Part shown: piece after piece, positions 38,249 to 48,995 of the stretch
Position numbering within the stretch: the stretch's first letter is position 1
Layout of the letters: every line of letters starts with the position of its first letter
DNA from: Promethearchaeota archaeon
GTDB taxonomy: Archaea > Asgardarchaeota > Lokiarchaeia > Sigyniarchaeales > SOKP01
Direction of reading: 5' to 3'
Assembly (NCBI GenBank): GCA_048940445.1
Contig: JBHLON010000013.1
Span: 15,817-79,816, forward strand
Length of the DNA: 64,000 bases
Position numbers and translations under genes: made by a program
Notes under the pieces: model-generated
Database searches by the model: none
Seen by the model: only the letters and a program-made list of their open reading frames with translations
What the model was told of the DNA's origin: nothing

Positions 38249-41200
38249 ATGGTTAAAGTTATATCTTCTATCAAAAACTTAAAGGATCGCCTCAGAGCAG
38301 GTATCACAATTACATCTCAGAACGTCTTATTCTTCACGGCTCTCTTATTAGTTATAATATTAGCAATTGTAATTAGATTATCACCAATTTTTCAGGGGAA
38401 CAATTTAATTAAAGCATTTGATCCTTGGATGCAATATTATAATGCTAATTATCTCTCTCAACATTCATTATATGACTATTTCCACTGGCATGATTATAAA
38501 AGTTGGTTTCCTCAAGGATTTGATCGATTTAATCTACGACCTGGTTTAACTTTTACTGTAGTCTTAATTTATAATTTCTTTAACTCTTTAGGAGTATCCA
38601 TTTCCTTGTATGACATTTGCTTTTACTTCCCTGCATTTATGGGTGGGTTAACTGTATTTGCGATATATTTGTTAGGAAAAGAAACATTAAATCGACAACT
38701 GGGTCTAGTTGCAGCATTTTTTCTTGCATTTAATCCAGGCTATATGCAGCGTACAGTTGCTGGATTTTTTGATAATGAAACCATTGGGGTTTTTGCATGT
38801 ATAATGACGCTTTATTTCTTTATAAAAGCTATTCGAACCGGTAAACTCACCCATGCCATTTTAGGAGGTCTCTTTTTAGGCTATTTGTCTCTTAGTTGGG
38901 GAGGCTATTATTTTGTTTATTATCTATTACCAATAACTTGCTTTATATTAATTCTTACGAAAAAGTATAATTCTCATGTTTTAATAGCCTATGCAGGAGT
39001 AGAAGGAGTAGGATTACTTACTTTTATGTTATATACCAATTTTAAATTTAATTCTTTCTTTTCAGACATCGTATTAGGTGGGACATTCCTTTTCACAATA
39101 ATACTAGTAGTTTATCATTATATTTATACAAAAAAAAATGAATATCCTGGATTTTATAATAAGTTAATAAATGTAATTAAGTGGGGAATAATTCCAGTTG
39201 TACTGATTGTGGCAATAATTGTTTGGATAGCCCCAGATTTGCTTCCTTTTGGATTTGGTGGAAGACTACGAAGTGTTCTCAGCCCATTATTACGTAATAG
39301 TCTACATTTAACAGCTTCTGTAGCCGAACATGCACCAAGTGCATGGAGCGTATTTTATTATAATACATTAATTCCATTAATGTTATTACCGCTCGGTTTA
39401 TTTTTTCTATTTAGAAGATCTAATGCTGCTGATATATTGTTGATTGTATTACTATTATTTTTGTTCTATTTTACGGGGAGTATGATTCGTATAATATTAT
39501 TATTTGCACCTGCTGCTTGTATAGTTGGCGCGTATGGCTTAGTCAATATTTTAAAAATATTTGGGAGTTTCTATGGAGAAAAACGGGCTAGTATAAGTAA
39601 AAAAAGAAAACGACAAGTAAAACAGATGGTAGGCAAGTCTGAAGTTGCTGCTGTATATTTTATTGTGGGAATCATGTGTATGGCTCAAGTTTGGCACGCC
39701 TCAAATTATTCAGCTACGCAATTAGGACAAGCCCAGCTAGCTCCTGGAGGATATTATCATGATTGGGAAGAGTCACTTACTTGGATGAAGACAAATTTAG
39801 CAGGAACAACGGTTGTAGTAAGTTGGTGGGATTACGGATATTGGATTACTGTTCTCGGAAATTGTACTTCAGTAAACGATAATGGAACAATTAATTCTAC
39901 CAGAATCGGTCTAACAGGTATGGCATTGATGCAAACGAATGAAATCTATAGTGCTAAAATACTTAAACTTTTAAAAGCAGATTATGTTCTCGTCTATTTC
40001 GGGTTTCTATTTAGTCAATTGGGTGGGGACGAAGGGAAGTGGCCTTGGATGATGCGCATAGCCAATGATCATTACCAAAGATATAAAAACTGGGGATTAG
40101 AAGAAGATAACTGGGGTCCAAATTCAGTGTTTGTTGAATCTGATCTTTATAATGATACCTCAGGGCGTCCTACGAAACTATGGTTTCAGTCTCAGATTGT
40201 ACGATTGATGTTTTGGAATGTTACATCAACACCAATTTCTAATCCTGGAAGTCCTCAGACTTTTGAAGAGTATTATCGAGATCAGATTAATAGAGTAAGA
40301 AAGGATAATGATGGAGATTTTTGGGCAAGTGATCTACCAGAAGATCAAAATGGAGATGGTAAACCAGATTACTATTCTCAAGTATTTATACCTTGGTATA
40401 CTTCTCGAAATGGATTTGTCAAATTATATAAAATAGATTATACTGCGTTAGAATCATCCTTCCAAATTAAAAATCCAGAAGTATTTGACTCAGGATTTGC
40501 AACTTTCAAACTGAAAAATACAGGTTCGAAAGATTTATCCATCAGAGACGTTGTAATTAATGGTGTATCTTACCCTTATTACCTTGGAAAGGGTTTGGAA
40601 ACGAAAATTTTACCTGCAGGCGAAGAAGATTCGGTCTGGGTTGATTTTAAGTCAACTGGTCATTCTTTTAAAAAGAATGATGTAGTAAATATATCTGTAA
40701 CCGCTTCTGCTGAATCTTTGCAAAGCGGGAAACAATATCTTTTTTCAAATGCTACGGATAACTTCTTTGTAAAAGAAGCTGTGCCAAGTAGAATTAAAAT
40801 AAATGAACAAAATAGTAAAGCCATACAAGTTGATGAAAACGAAGCAGATATTTACCTTGAAGTACAAAATACTGGAGATTCTATCGTAATTTTGAATGAT
40901 TTTTATGCTGATTCTGAAGATAACATTCTGACACAGAAAACTTATTTAAAGGGTTCTCCGATATTAAGTCCTGGAGAAAAGGCATATGTTAAAATAACTA
41001 CGGACCTCTCGTTTTTCCCTTTTGATCAAGAAGGTATAGTTCATAAAATTGGAGTCATCTCCCCCGGTGGGGTAAAAGATGAGATTTTTATAGTACCTAA
41101 TATAGAGAATTACGATATAAGTATGTTACCGCATGATAGAATTATTTCACCAGAGGCTTCAGTTGTAACATCTAGTTCTCTTAGAAAATATTTGCCAATT

Positions 41201-42187
41201 GAATTAGATAAGACAGTTGCTTATACATATGATAACGGGACCACTTTGTTGAATATTTTGGTGAAAAACACAGGAAATATCATTTTAACACTTGATTCAG
41301 TGTATCTTACCCAAACAGGCTCGTGGACAGATGTTGATTTCAAACCTATAGGAGTAGAAGGAAATATTTTACCAAATCAAGAGAAAACAATAAAAGTCGT
41401 AGTTTCAGATTATTTTAATATCGATGTAAATGATGAAATTGGAATAGTTGTTTCAGCCTTATTTAATGGATCAACAAAAGCAGCGGATGTAGGTTTCATT
41501 CAAAGTTTAAATAGCTCAGCAGATATTAAAATTATTAAGAGTGTTCTCGGTACACAAGCTTCCTATATTGCTGCGAATGAAACCGGGAGACTCTTGATAA
41601 AAAATACAGGGACAGAACCTATTAGCCTAAGTAACATCTATCTCAATAAAACGAGTGTACTATCTTTTGCCACTGATGTAACTTTCTTATATGGAGATGC
41701 TGATTTAGGAGTTCAAGAATGTGCCTTGGTATCATTTGATATTCATGATTTCAATATAAACGCTTCAAATACCATTGATATAAAAATAACTACTAATACC
41801 ACAGCAACTGATTTTACAACATTTAATGCATATGTAGATTCTTCTCGTTATAATCTTAATATCGAAGACAGTACTAATACAGTTGCTGATAGGAGTGCTG
41901 ACCAATTAACAATTAAAATAGTAAACAATGGCTTATTGAATGTTACATTAGATTCTATATACCTAAATAATACATATATCCCCTTGACCAACTTCAGCTT
42001 TATAACTGGAAGTTCATTTGAACTGCAACACTCTGGAGGGTTTATTACTATTTCAATTTCACTTACCGATGTTGAGACATTTCTGGGATTAGCAACAGGA
42101 AGCATTATAAAGGGAGATAAATTAGTAATTTTAGCTCGTACTATTCAAGGTGCTGAGGATACTCATCAAGTAATTGTTCAAGCTTAA
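38249..42187 (+). CDS. aglB: Oligosaccharyltransferase AglB/STT3 with long C-terminal extension
   Basis: FDPW, GFFDNE, SVAEH, WWDYG motifs; multi-TM N-terminal half. Confidence 0.95.
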   Translation: MVKVISSIKNLKDRLRAGITITSQNVLFFTALLLVIILAIVIRLSPIFQGNNLIKAFDPWMQYYNANYLSQHSLYDYFHWHDYKSWFPQGFDRFNLRPGLTFTVVLIYNFFNSLGVSISLYDICFYFPAFMGGLTVFAIYLLGKETLNRQLGLVAAFFLAFNPGYMQRTVAGFFDNETIGVFACIMTLYFFIKAIRTGKLTHAILGGLFLGYLSLSWGGYYFVYYLLPITCFILILTKKYNSHVLIAYAGVEGVGLLTFMLYTNFKFNSFFSDIVLGGTFLFTIILVVYHYIYTKKNEYPGFYNKLINVIKWGIIPVVLIVAIIVWIAPDLLPFGFGGRLRSVLSPLLRNSLHLTASVAEHAPSAWSVFYYNTLIPLMLLPLGLFFLFRRSNAADILLIVLLLFLFYFTGSMIRIILLFAPAACIVGAYGLVNILKIFGSFYGEKRASISKKRKRQVKQMVGKSEVAAVYFIVGIMCMAQVWHASNYSATQLGQAQLAPGGYYHDWEESLTWMKTNLAGTTVVVSWWDYGYWITVLGNCTSVNDNGTINSTRIGLTGMALMQTNEIYSAKILKLLKADYVLVYFGFLFSQLGGDEGKWPWMMRIANDHYQRYKNWGLEEDNWGPNSVFVESDLYNDTSGRPTKLWFQSQIVRLMFWNVTSTPISNPGSPQTFEEYYRDQINRVRKDNDGDFWASDLPEDQNGDGKPDYYSQVFIPWYTSRNGFVKLYKIDYTALESSFQIKNPEVFDSGFATFKLKNTGSKDLSIRDVVINGVSYPYYLGKGLETKILPAGEEDSVWVDFKSTGHSFKKNDVVNISVTASAESLQSGKQYLFSNATDNFFVKEAVPSRIKINEQNSKAIQVDENEADIYLEVQNTGDSIVILNDFYADSEDNILTQKTYLKGSPILSPGEKAYVKITTDLSFFPFDQEGIVHKIGVISPGGVKDEIFIVPNIENYDISMLPHDRIISPEASVVTSSSLRKYLPIELDKTVAYTYDNGTTLLNILVKNTGNIILTLDSVYLTQTGSWTDVDFKPIGVEGNILPNQEKTIKVVVSDYFNIDVNDEIGIVVSALFNGSTKAADVGFIQSLNSSADIKIIKSVLGTQASYIAANETGRLLIKNTGTEPISLSNIYLNKTSVLSFATDVTFLYGDADLGVQECALVSFDIHDFNINASNTIDIKITTNTTATDFTTFNAYVDSSRYNLNIEDSTNTVADRSADQLTIKIVNNGLLNVTLDSIYLNNTYIPLTNFSFITGSSFELQHSGGFITISISLTDVETFLGLATGSIIKGDKLVILARTIQGAEDTHQVIVQA

Positions 42188-42313
42188 TTTATTCCTTTTT
42201 CATTTTTTCATAAAAATCATAAATTATGCTACATTAGAATATTTATAGTCTTATTGATTATATATTCATTTTATACTTACTTTATACTACCTTTTTAATT
42301 TGTGATTCATCCT

Positions 42314-44314
42314 ATGAGTATTAGTTTTAACATAAAGTCTGAATTTGTCCCGCAAGGGGATCAACCGTCAGCTATTCAAGCTCTTAAAGAAGGTATTAAA
42401 AATCGAAAACGGTTCCAAACTTTATTAGGAGCGACTGGAACAGGAAAAACTTTTACTATCGCTAATATTATTCAGGAAATACAGAAACCTACATTAATTA
42501 TGGCTCCCAATAAAACACTCGCAGCACAACTTTATAATGAATTAAAAGAATTATTTCCTGAAAATGCAGTCCATTATTTTGTTAGCTATTATGATTACTA
42601 TCAACCTGAAGCATATTTGCCAGTTACAGGTCAATATATCGAAAAAGATTTTAGTGTAAATGAGGAGATTGAGCGCCTTCGACTTGCGGCCACTCATGCT
42701 ATTAGAACTAGAAACGATGTTATTATTGTAGCTACAGTTTCATGTATTTATGGAATAGGCTCTCCTGAAGAATGGGAAAAAGTTTCAATCTCTTTAAATG
42801 TTTCTCAAAGGATTAAACGAAGAGAGATTATTAGAGGTCTTATTAAAATGAATTATGAGAGGAAAGACATCGAGTTTCGACCCGGGGTTGTAAGAGTTAG
42901 AGGCGATATAATCGACATTTTCCCTGCATATCTTGAAACTGCCATTCGAATATCACTTTTTGGAGATGAAATAGAGAGCATTCAAGAAATTCATCCTATA
43001 TCAAATGAAGCTATAAAGGAGCTTACCAATTGTAGAATCTTTCCAGCAACTCACTTTATTATCCCAGAAGAAAATAAAGTGAAAGCTCTAAAATCGATTG
43101 AAGAAGAGTTAGAACAACAGATAAAATATTTCATGAATAAAAAAAGATATCCCGAAGCTCAATGGATAGAAAAAAGAGTAAAATTTGATCTGGAAATGAT
43201 GAGAGAAATGGGCTGGTGCAAAGGTATCGAAAATTATTCTAGGCATTTAGATGGCAGACCCCCTGGTTCTCCTCCTATGTGTTTGATTGATTACTTTCCT
43301 GATGACTTCTTAATTGTAGTTGATGAGAGTCATATTACAATACCCCAAATTCATGGGATGGTTGCTGGTGATCGCTCTCGAAAGCAGAATCTAGTCAAAT
43401 ATGGATGGAGACTTCCTAGCGCTTTTGATAACAGACCTCTTACGTTTGAAGAATGGGAAAGCAAAATAAAATACATTATATTAATGAGTGCGACTCCAGG
43501 GGATTGGGAACTTAAAAAATCTGAAGGAATTTCAGCAGAACAAATTATTAGACCAACAGGTTTGGTAGATCCTGAAGTTGAGGTCCGTCCAGCAAAGAAT
43601 CAAATTGATGATTTGTTAGGGGAAATTCGAAAAGTCATTGATAATAACGGAAGAGTTTTAATTACTACGTTAACTAAAAGGATGGCGGAAGATATCGCAG
43701 AGTATTATTCAGAATTAGGTATTAAGATTTCATATCTTCATTCAGAAGTGGATACTGTTGAAAGATTTGATATTCTAAGACAACTAAGAGATGGAACTTT
43801 TGATGTAGTAGTAGGTATAAACCTTTTAAGAGAGGGATTAGATTTACCTGAAGTTAAATTAGTTGCTATTTTAGATGCTGATAAACTTGGTTTTTTAAGA
43901 GATACAAGATCCTTAATTCAAACTATCGGCAGAGCTTCTCGAAATGTAGAAGGGAGAGCAATATTATTTGCGGAAAAAATTACCCCTGCGATGAAAGCTG
44001 CAATTAATGAAACTAATAGAAGGAGAAGGAAACAAGAGAAATTTAATAGAGAAAATAAAATTACACCACAGACGATAAAAAAGAATATTCTTAATTCTTT
44101 ATCTGAAGAACAAGAATTTAAAGAAAAAGAAGTAAAAAGACTAAAAAAAGTAGTGAAGGATAAAGTTAAGGAATTAGAAACAGAAGGAGATATCGAATTA
44201 GTTGTCCAATATCTTGAAAATAAAATGTTTTTAGCTGCTAAAGAACTTAGATTCGAAGATGCAGCATATTTAAGAGATAAAATTAGAGAATATAAAAAAG
44301 ATTATGCGGTATAA
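42314..44314 (+). CDS. uvrB: Excinuclease ABC subunit B
   Basis: GATGTGKT, YYDYYQPEAY, DESH, GINLLREGLDLPEV, C-terminal UVR domain; ATG 42314 or GTG 42302. Confidence 0.99.
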   Translation: MSISFNIKSEFVPQGDQPSAIQALKEGIKNRKRFQTLLGATGTGKTFTIANIIQEIQKPTLIMAPNKTLAAQLYNELKELFPENAVHYFVSYYDYYQPEAYLPVTGQYIEKDFSVNEEIERLRLAATHAIRTRNDVIIVATVSCIYGIGSPEEWEKVSISLNVSQRIKRREIIRGLIKMNYERKDIEFRPGVVRVRGDIIDIFPAYLETAIRISLFGDEIESIQEIHPISNEAIKELTNCRIFPATHFIIPEENKVKALKSIEEELEQQIKYFMNKKRYPEAQWIEKRVKFDLEMMREMGWCKGIENYSRHLDGRPPGSPPMCLIDYFPDDFLIVVDESHITIPQIHGMVAGDRSRKQNLVKYGWRLPSAFDNRPLTFEEWESKIKYIILMSATPGDWELKKSEGISAEQIIRPTGLVDPEVEVRPAKNQIDDLLGEIRKVIDNNGRVLITTLTKRMAEDIAEYYSELGIKISYLHSEVDTVERFDILRQLRDGTFDVVVGINLLREGLDLPEVKLVAILDADKLGFLRDTRSLIQTIGRASRNVEGRAILFAEKITPAMKAAINETNRRRRKQEKFNRENKITPQTIKKNILNSLSEEQEFKEKEVKRLKKVVKDKVKELETEGDIELVVQYLENKMFLAAKELRFEDAAYLRDKIREYKKDYAV

Positions 44315-44362
44315 GCATAAAAGTTATCATTTATCATAAATATAATAATAAATACTTTTGAT

Positions 44363-47227
44363 ATGAATAACAATTCTATTATTATAAAAGGAGCAAGACA
44401 GAATAACCTTAAAAATATTGACGTCACTATACCTCGTAATAAACTAGTTATAATTACGGGTATTAGCGGTAGTGGTAAATCCAGCTTAGCTATGGATACT
44501 TTATATGCGGAGGGCCAAAGAAGATTTCTAGAATCATTATCAAGTTATGCTCGCCAGTTCTTAGGTGAAATGGATAAACCGGATGTTGATTCTATAGAGG
44601 GATTATCACCAGCTATAGCTATTGAGCAAAAAGCTTTATCTAAAAATCCAAGGAGTACTGTAGGGACGGTAACTGAAATTTATGATTATTATCGGCTATT
44701 ATTTGCAAATGTTGGAATTCCGCATTGTCCTAATTGTGGGAAAGAAATCAAACCTCAAACACCTCAACAAATTATTGAGCAAGTTCTGGAAACAATTCCT
44801 GTAAATGAAAAGTTTATAATAAAGGCTCCAGTTATTCGAGATAGGAAAGGAGAGTATAAAGATTTACTGCAAAATCTTAAAAAACAAGGTTATCTTAGAG
44901 TAGAAGTTGATAATATCCAATATACTCTAGATGAAGATATATCAATGGATAAAAATGTTAAACATAACATCAAGGTCATCGTCGATAGATTAGTAATGAG
45001 AAAAGATATTAGGGCGAGACTTGCAGATTCGATTGAGACAGCTTTAAGTTTAACTGAAGGAATTGTAGCAATAGAAGTAGTTGGAAAAGAAGAGCATGTA
45101 TATTCAGAACATCTCGCATGTACTGATTGTGGTATTTCTATTCCCCAATTAGATCACAAAATGTTTTCGTTTAATATCCCTCATGGTAGCTGTAAATATT
45201 GTAGCGGATTAGGAACCGTAATGGAATTAGATTATGGATTAATATTAGGAAATGATTTAAATATTCCACTTCAAGAAACTCCTATAAGAGATATTCCTGG
45301 ATTTGGATCATTAACCAGTTATTCTTGGCAATTACTAAAACAAGTTGCAAAGTATTATGGATTTGATACCAACAAAACTAAGATTAAAAATATAGATCCT
45401 GAAAAATTAAGTAAAATTTTGTACGGTACTGGTGATGAGACTATTGAATTTCATTTTAAAAGTGAAAATAATGGGTATAATAATAATGATATAAAAACCT
45501 CTTCTTGGCACGTGGTTAGATCCTTTGAAGGAATTATTCCTTGGCTTCAGAGAAGGTATATGGAAACTAATTCAGAATGGGCAAGAGAAATATATGAAAG
45601 TTTTATGAATAAAGTGAATTGCCCCCAGTGTAAAGGACAAAGACTAAAACCAGAGAGCTTAGCAGTAACTATTAATGATCTAAATATAGCAGAACTATCA
45701 AGTCTCTCAGTTATTGATTCAATTACCTTTTTTAATGATCTAGAACTTACTGAAGTTCAAAAAGCAATAGTAAAGGAAGTCTTGAAAGAAATTTCAGCTA
45801 GGCTTTCATTTTTAGATAATGTTGGATTGGATTACATTACCTTAAGTAGAAGATCAGATACGCTTTCGGTAGGAGAAGCCGAAAGAATTCGATTAGCTAC
45901 GCAACTTGGTTCGAGTTTAGTTGGAGTATTATATGTTTTAGATGAACCAAGCGTAGGACTTCATCAGAGAGATATCAATCGGTTAGTTAAAATGTTAGAA
46001 AAATTAAGAGACTTAGGAAATACGGTGATTGTAGTAGAACATGATGAGGCAATTATGCAAAGTTCAGATCACATAATAGATTTAGGCCCATTAGCGGGTG
46101 AAAAAGGAGGAGAAGTAGTAGCTGAAGGACCCATTGAAACAATCATAAAGTCAGATACTCTGACAGGAGAATACCTTTCAGGGAAAAAGAAAATTTTATT
46201 ACCGAAAAAAAGAAGACTCTTAACTAATGAATATATTGAGATTGTAGGTGCTAGAGAAAACAATCTTAAGAATATAAATATTAAAATCCCTTTAGGTGTG
46301 TTTACATGCATTACTGGTGTGTCTGGGGCAGGTAAAACTAGTTTAGTTATTGATTGTTTGTATAAAGGACTCCACAATCTAATTAATACACGTAGTTCAA
46401 AAATAAGCACTGGAGATTTTGATGAAATAAAAGGGTTCGAAAAAATTGATAAAATAATAAATATTGATCAATCTCCAATTGGTAGAACACCTCGTTCCGT
46501 ACCTGCAACATACACTAAAGCATTAGATTATATAAGGGACATTTTCGCAGGACTTCCAGAATCGAGAGAAAGAGGATATAAAAAAGGAAGATTTAGTTTT
46601 AATACCACAAAAGGTCATTGTAAAAAATGTAAGGGCACTGGTTATATTTTGAAGGAGATGTACTTTTTACCCGATGTATTTATAAGATGCGATTTATGTA
46701 AAGGGAAACGATATAATGCTGAGACTTTAGAAATTAAATATCGTGAAAAAACAATCTCTGATGTCTTAGAAATGACATTTACTCAAGCTTTAGAGTTTTT
46801 TGATAGTTTTCCTAAACTAAAGAGAACTTTAAAAACAGTAGTAGATGTGGGATTGGGATATTTAGAACTAGGACAATCATCTACTACCTTAAGTGGTGGA
46901 GAATCTCAGCGAATTAAAATTGCTCGAGAGTTAAGAAAAACAAGTACAGGAAATACTCTTTACATTTTAGATGAGCCTACTGTAGGCTTGCACATGTATG
47001 ATATTCAATTTCTGTTAAATGTGCTCCAAAAATTAGTGGATAAAGGCAATACAGTTATAGTGATTGAACATAATATGGATATCATAAAATCGGCAGACTA
47101 TATCATTGATCTTGGGCCCGAAGGAGGAGAGAAAGGGGGAAATATCGTTATTCAGGCCATACCAGAAGATATGGTTTCTGATACGAAATCTTATACCGCA
47201 AAATATCTTAAAAAATATTTAAAATAA
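44363..47227 (+). CDS. uvrA: Excinuclease ABC subunit A
   Basis: Two ABC cassettes (GISGSGKS, GVSGAGKT), zinc fingers, LSGGESQR. Confidence 0.99.
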   Translation: MNNNSIIIKGARQNNLKNIDVTIPRNKLVIITGISGSGKSSLAMDTLYAEGQRRFLESLSSYARQFLGEMDKPDVDSIEGLSPAIAIEQKALSKNPRSTVGTVTEIYDYYRLLFANVGIPHCPNCGKEIKPQTPQQIIEQVLETIPVNEKFIIKAPVIRDRKGEYKDLLQNLKKQGYLRVEVDNIQYTLDEDISMDKNVKHNIKVIVDRLVMRKDIRARLADSIETALSLTEGIVAIEVVGKEEHVYSEHLACTDCGISIPQLDHKMFSFNIPHGSCKYCSGLGTVMELDYGLILGNDLNIPLQETPIRDIPGFGSLTSYSWQLLKQVAKYYGFDTNKTKIKNIDPEKLSKILYGTGDETIEFHFKSENNGYNNNDIKTSSWHVVRSFEGIIPWLQRRYMETNSEWAREIYESFMNKVNCPQCKGQRLKPESLAVTINDLNIAELSSLSVIDSITFFNDLELTEVQKAIVKEVLKEISARLSFLDNVGLDYITLSRRSDTLSVGEAERIRLATQLGSSLVGVLYVLDEPSVGLHQRDINRLVKMLEKLRDLGNTVIVVEHDEAIMQSSDHIIDLGPLAGEKGGEVVAEGPIETIIKSDTLTGEYLSGKKKILLPKKRRLLTNEYIEIVGARENNLKNINIKIPLGVFTCITGVSGAGKTSLVIDCLYKGLHNLINTRSSKISTGDFDEIKGFEKIDKIINIDQSPIGRTPRSVPATYTKALDYIRDIFAGLPESRERGYKKGRFSFNTTKGHCKKCKGTGYILKEMYFLPDVFIRCDLCKGKRYNAETLEIKYREKTISDVLEMTFTQALEFFDSFPKLKRTLKTVVDVGLGYLELGQSSTTLSGGESQRIKIARELRKTSTGNTLYILDEPTVGLHMYDIQFLLNVLQKLVDKGNTVIVIEHNMDIIKSADYIIDLGPEGGEKGGNIVIQAIPEDMVSDTKSYTAKYLKKYLK

Positions 47228-47464
47228 AGATTGTTCTAATATTTTCTTTTGATGGCAAGATTTGGAGCCATGACACTTGAAGAGGAAGAATTACAATGTT
47301 ATTTTGAATATAAAAGAAAATGTCATTTCTATTATAGATTATCAAAATCGATTTCATTACTAACGGCTCCCATACGTGGGATAGAATGAGGCGAATAATT
47401 CAAAAGCCATCATGAATTTAGTTATTCAAATTAAAATAATTACTGATAATTAGTAGAAGTACAC

Positions 47465-48724
47465 ATGGAATTGAAAGAAGATCTCCACGAAGCGAAAGAG
47501 AGAATGAAAGCATGGTGGGATCATGAAATGGTGGATCGTCCCGTCATTTCGTATTATTATCCAAAACGAAGGGGTTCTCTTGGAGGGTATTTGGATGCTA
47601 TTGGTCAAGATTGGACCTTAGCTGAGAATTATGATGATATTGATAAGGCTTTAGATGACTTCGAAAAGAGAGCTGAAAAGACTTTTTATGGTGCAGAATC
47701 CATTCCTTCTTACTTCCCAAATTATGGGCCTGGTATTTTAGCAGCCGTTTTTGGCGTCGTACCACTATTTAAATCCCAAACCGTGTGGTTTGACAAGCCG
47801 ACTAAACCTGATGAGATCGTTCAAGTACTTGAGAATGTAAAATTGACTCAAAATAACGAATGGTACCTTCGCCTCAAGAAAGTAACAGAACAAGCGGCCA
47901 AGCGGGCTTCAGGAAAATATCAAGTTTCGATCACGGATATTGGAGGTGTTTTAGACGTACTTTCCTCCTTTTTACGTCCCGAAAATATCATCTTGACAAT
48001 GAAGCGGAATCCGAGGATCATAGACATGTGTCGTGAGATCATTTTAGAAAAATTGCTCATCATGCATGACGAGCTTTATTCCATTATTAAGTCACATTGC
48101 GACGGTTTCAATGCGTGGCTTAATGTGTGGTGTGAGAAGAGTTGGTATCCAGTTCAATGTGATTTTACTGCAATGTTGAATCCAAAATTTTTTAGGAGAT
48201 TTGTTTTACCGGATCTAATCGAACAGATGGAGCACATGGATCATGCTATATATCACATGGATGGTCCAAATCAGATCCCTTTTCTTGACGATTTCCTTGC
48301 AATAGAAAGCTTAACGGGAATTCAATGGGTTCCTGGTGCAGGCCGACCGCCTCAAGGTTCAGAGGAATGGATGCCAATTTACAAGAAAATTCAAAGCGCC
48401 GGTAAAAATGTCGTGATCGATGCACTGCCCGAGTTAGTACCAAAAGTATATAAAATGCTTAATGTAAAGGGGCTTTATGTCAGAGTAGGCTATTCCTCGG
48501 AACTAACTGCACATTTCTACTTACCAGAATTCGTGGGAGGAGAAAATGGCGTTATGATAGAAAAAATAGCCGATTGGGCTAAATCAAAGGAAAAGCTCTC
48601 GATAAATCGAGAAGATTTAGGGACCTTTAATCGCGAAACATCCATTGCAATTCCTCCTGGGGTTGAAAAGGAACTGGTTAAGCAAGTAAATAACTCGTTG
48701 CGAGAAAAATTATTTTTCACGTGA
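47465..48724 (+). CDS. Uroporphyrinogen decarboxylase / MtaA-like (URO-D superfamily) protein
   Basis: AWW.....DRP, NYGPG, QCDF.AML.P, YHMDGP, IQWVPGAG motifs. Confidence 0.75.
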   Translation: MELKEDLHEAKERMKAWWDHEMVDRPVISYYYPKRRGSLGGYLDAIGQDWTLAENYDDIDKALDDFEKRAEKTFYGAESIPSYFPNYGPGILAAVFGVVPLFKSQTVWFDKPTKPDEIVQVLENVKLTQNNEWYLRLKKVTEQAAKRASGKYQVSITDIGGVLDVLSSFLRPENIILTMKRNPRIIDMCREIILEKLLIMHDELYSIIKSHCDGFNAWLNVWCEKSWYPVQCDFTAMLNPKFFRRFVLPDLIEQMEHMDHAIYHMDGPNQIPFLDDFLAIESLTGIQWVPGAGRPPQGSEEWMPIYKKIQSAGKNVVIDALPELVPKVYKMLNVKGLYVRVGYSSELTAHFYLPEFVGGENGVMIEKIADWAKSKEKLSINREDLGTFNRETSIAIPPGVEKELVKQVNNSLREKLFFT

Positions 48725-48995
48725 GGAAGTTGCTTTTTCTCATGCCGTTCATGCTTAGAATACCCTCCTTTCCTACTTAAACTGCAGTTTGAGTGAATTT
48801 AATTACGTTATAGGCATTAAAGAGGGTTTTTTGTGCTACTGAATCTGTAACGGATCTTTTCTATTAAAAGAATTTATTCACTATAATAACTTAAAACTTA
48901 TCCAATATAGTTTAATGAAATCATCTTATATCTGATTTTATATTATAAAAAACATTTAGATTATTAATCGTTAAAATTTTAAACTAGTGTTAAAT

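Noticed and set aside
42314-47227. uvrB-uvrA without uvrC
   Set aside because: uvrC is often unlinked, so its absence from the window is uninformative
48722-48815. Possible selenocysteine readthrough of the TGA ending the URO-D-like gene (GSCFFSCRSC follows)
   Set aside because: The domain is already complete, the family is not a known selenoprotein, and I could not identify a SECIS
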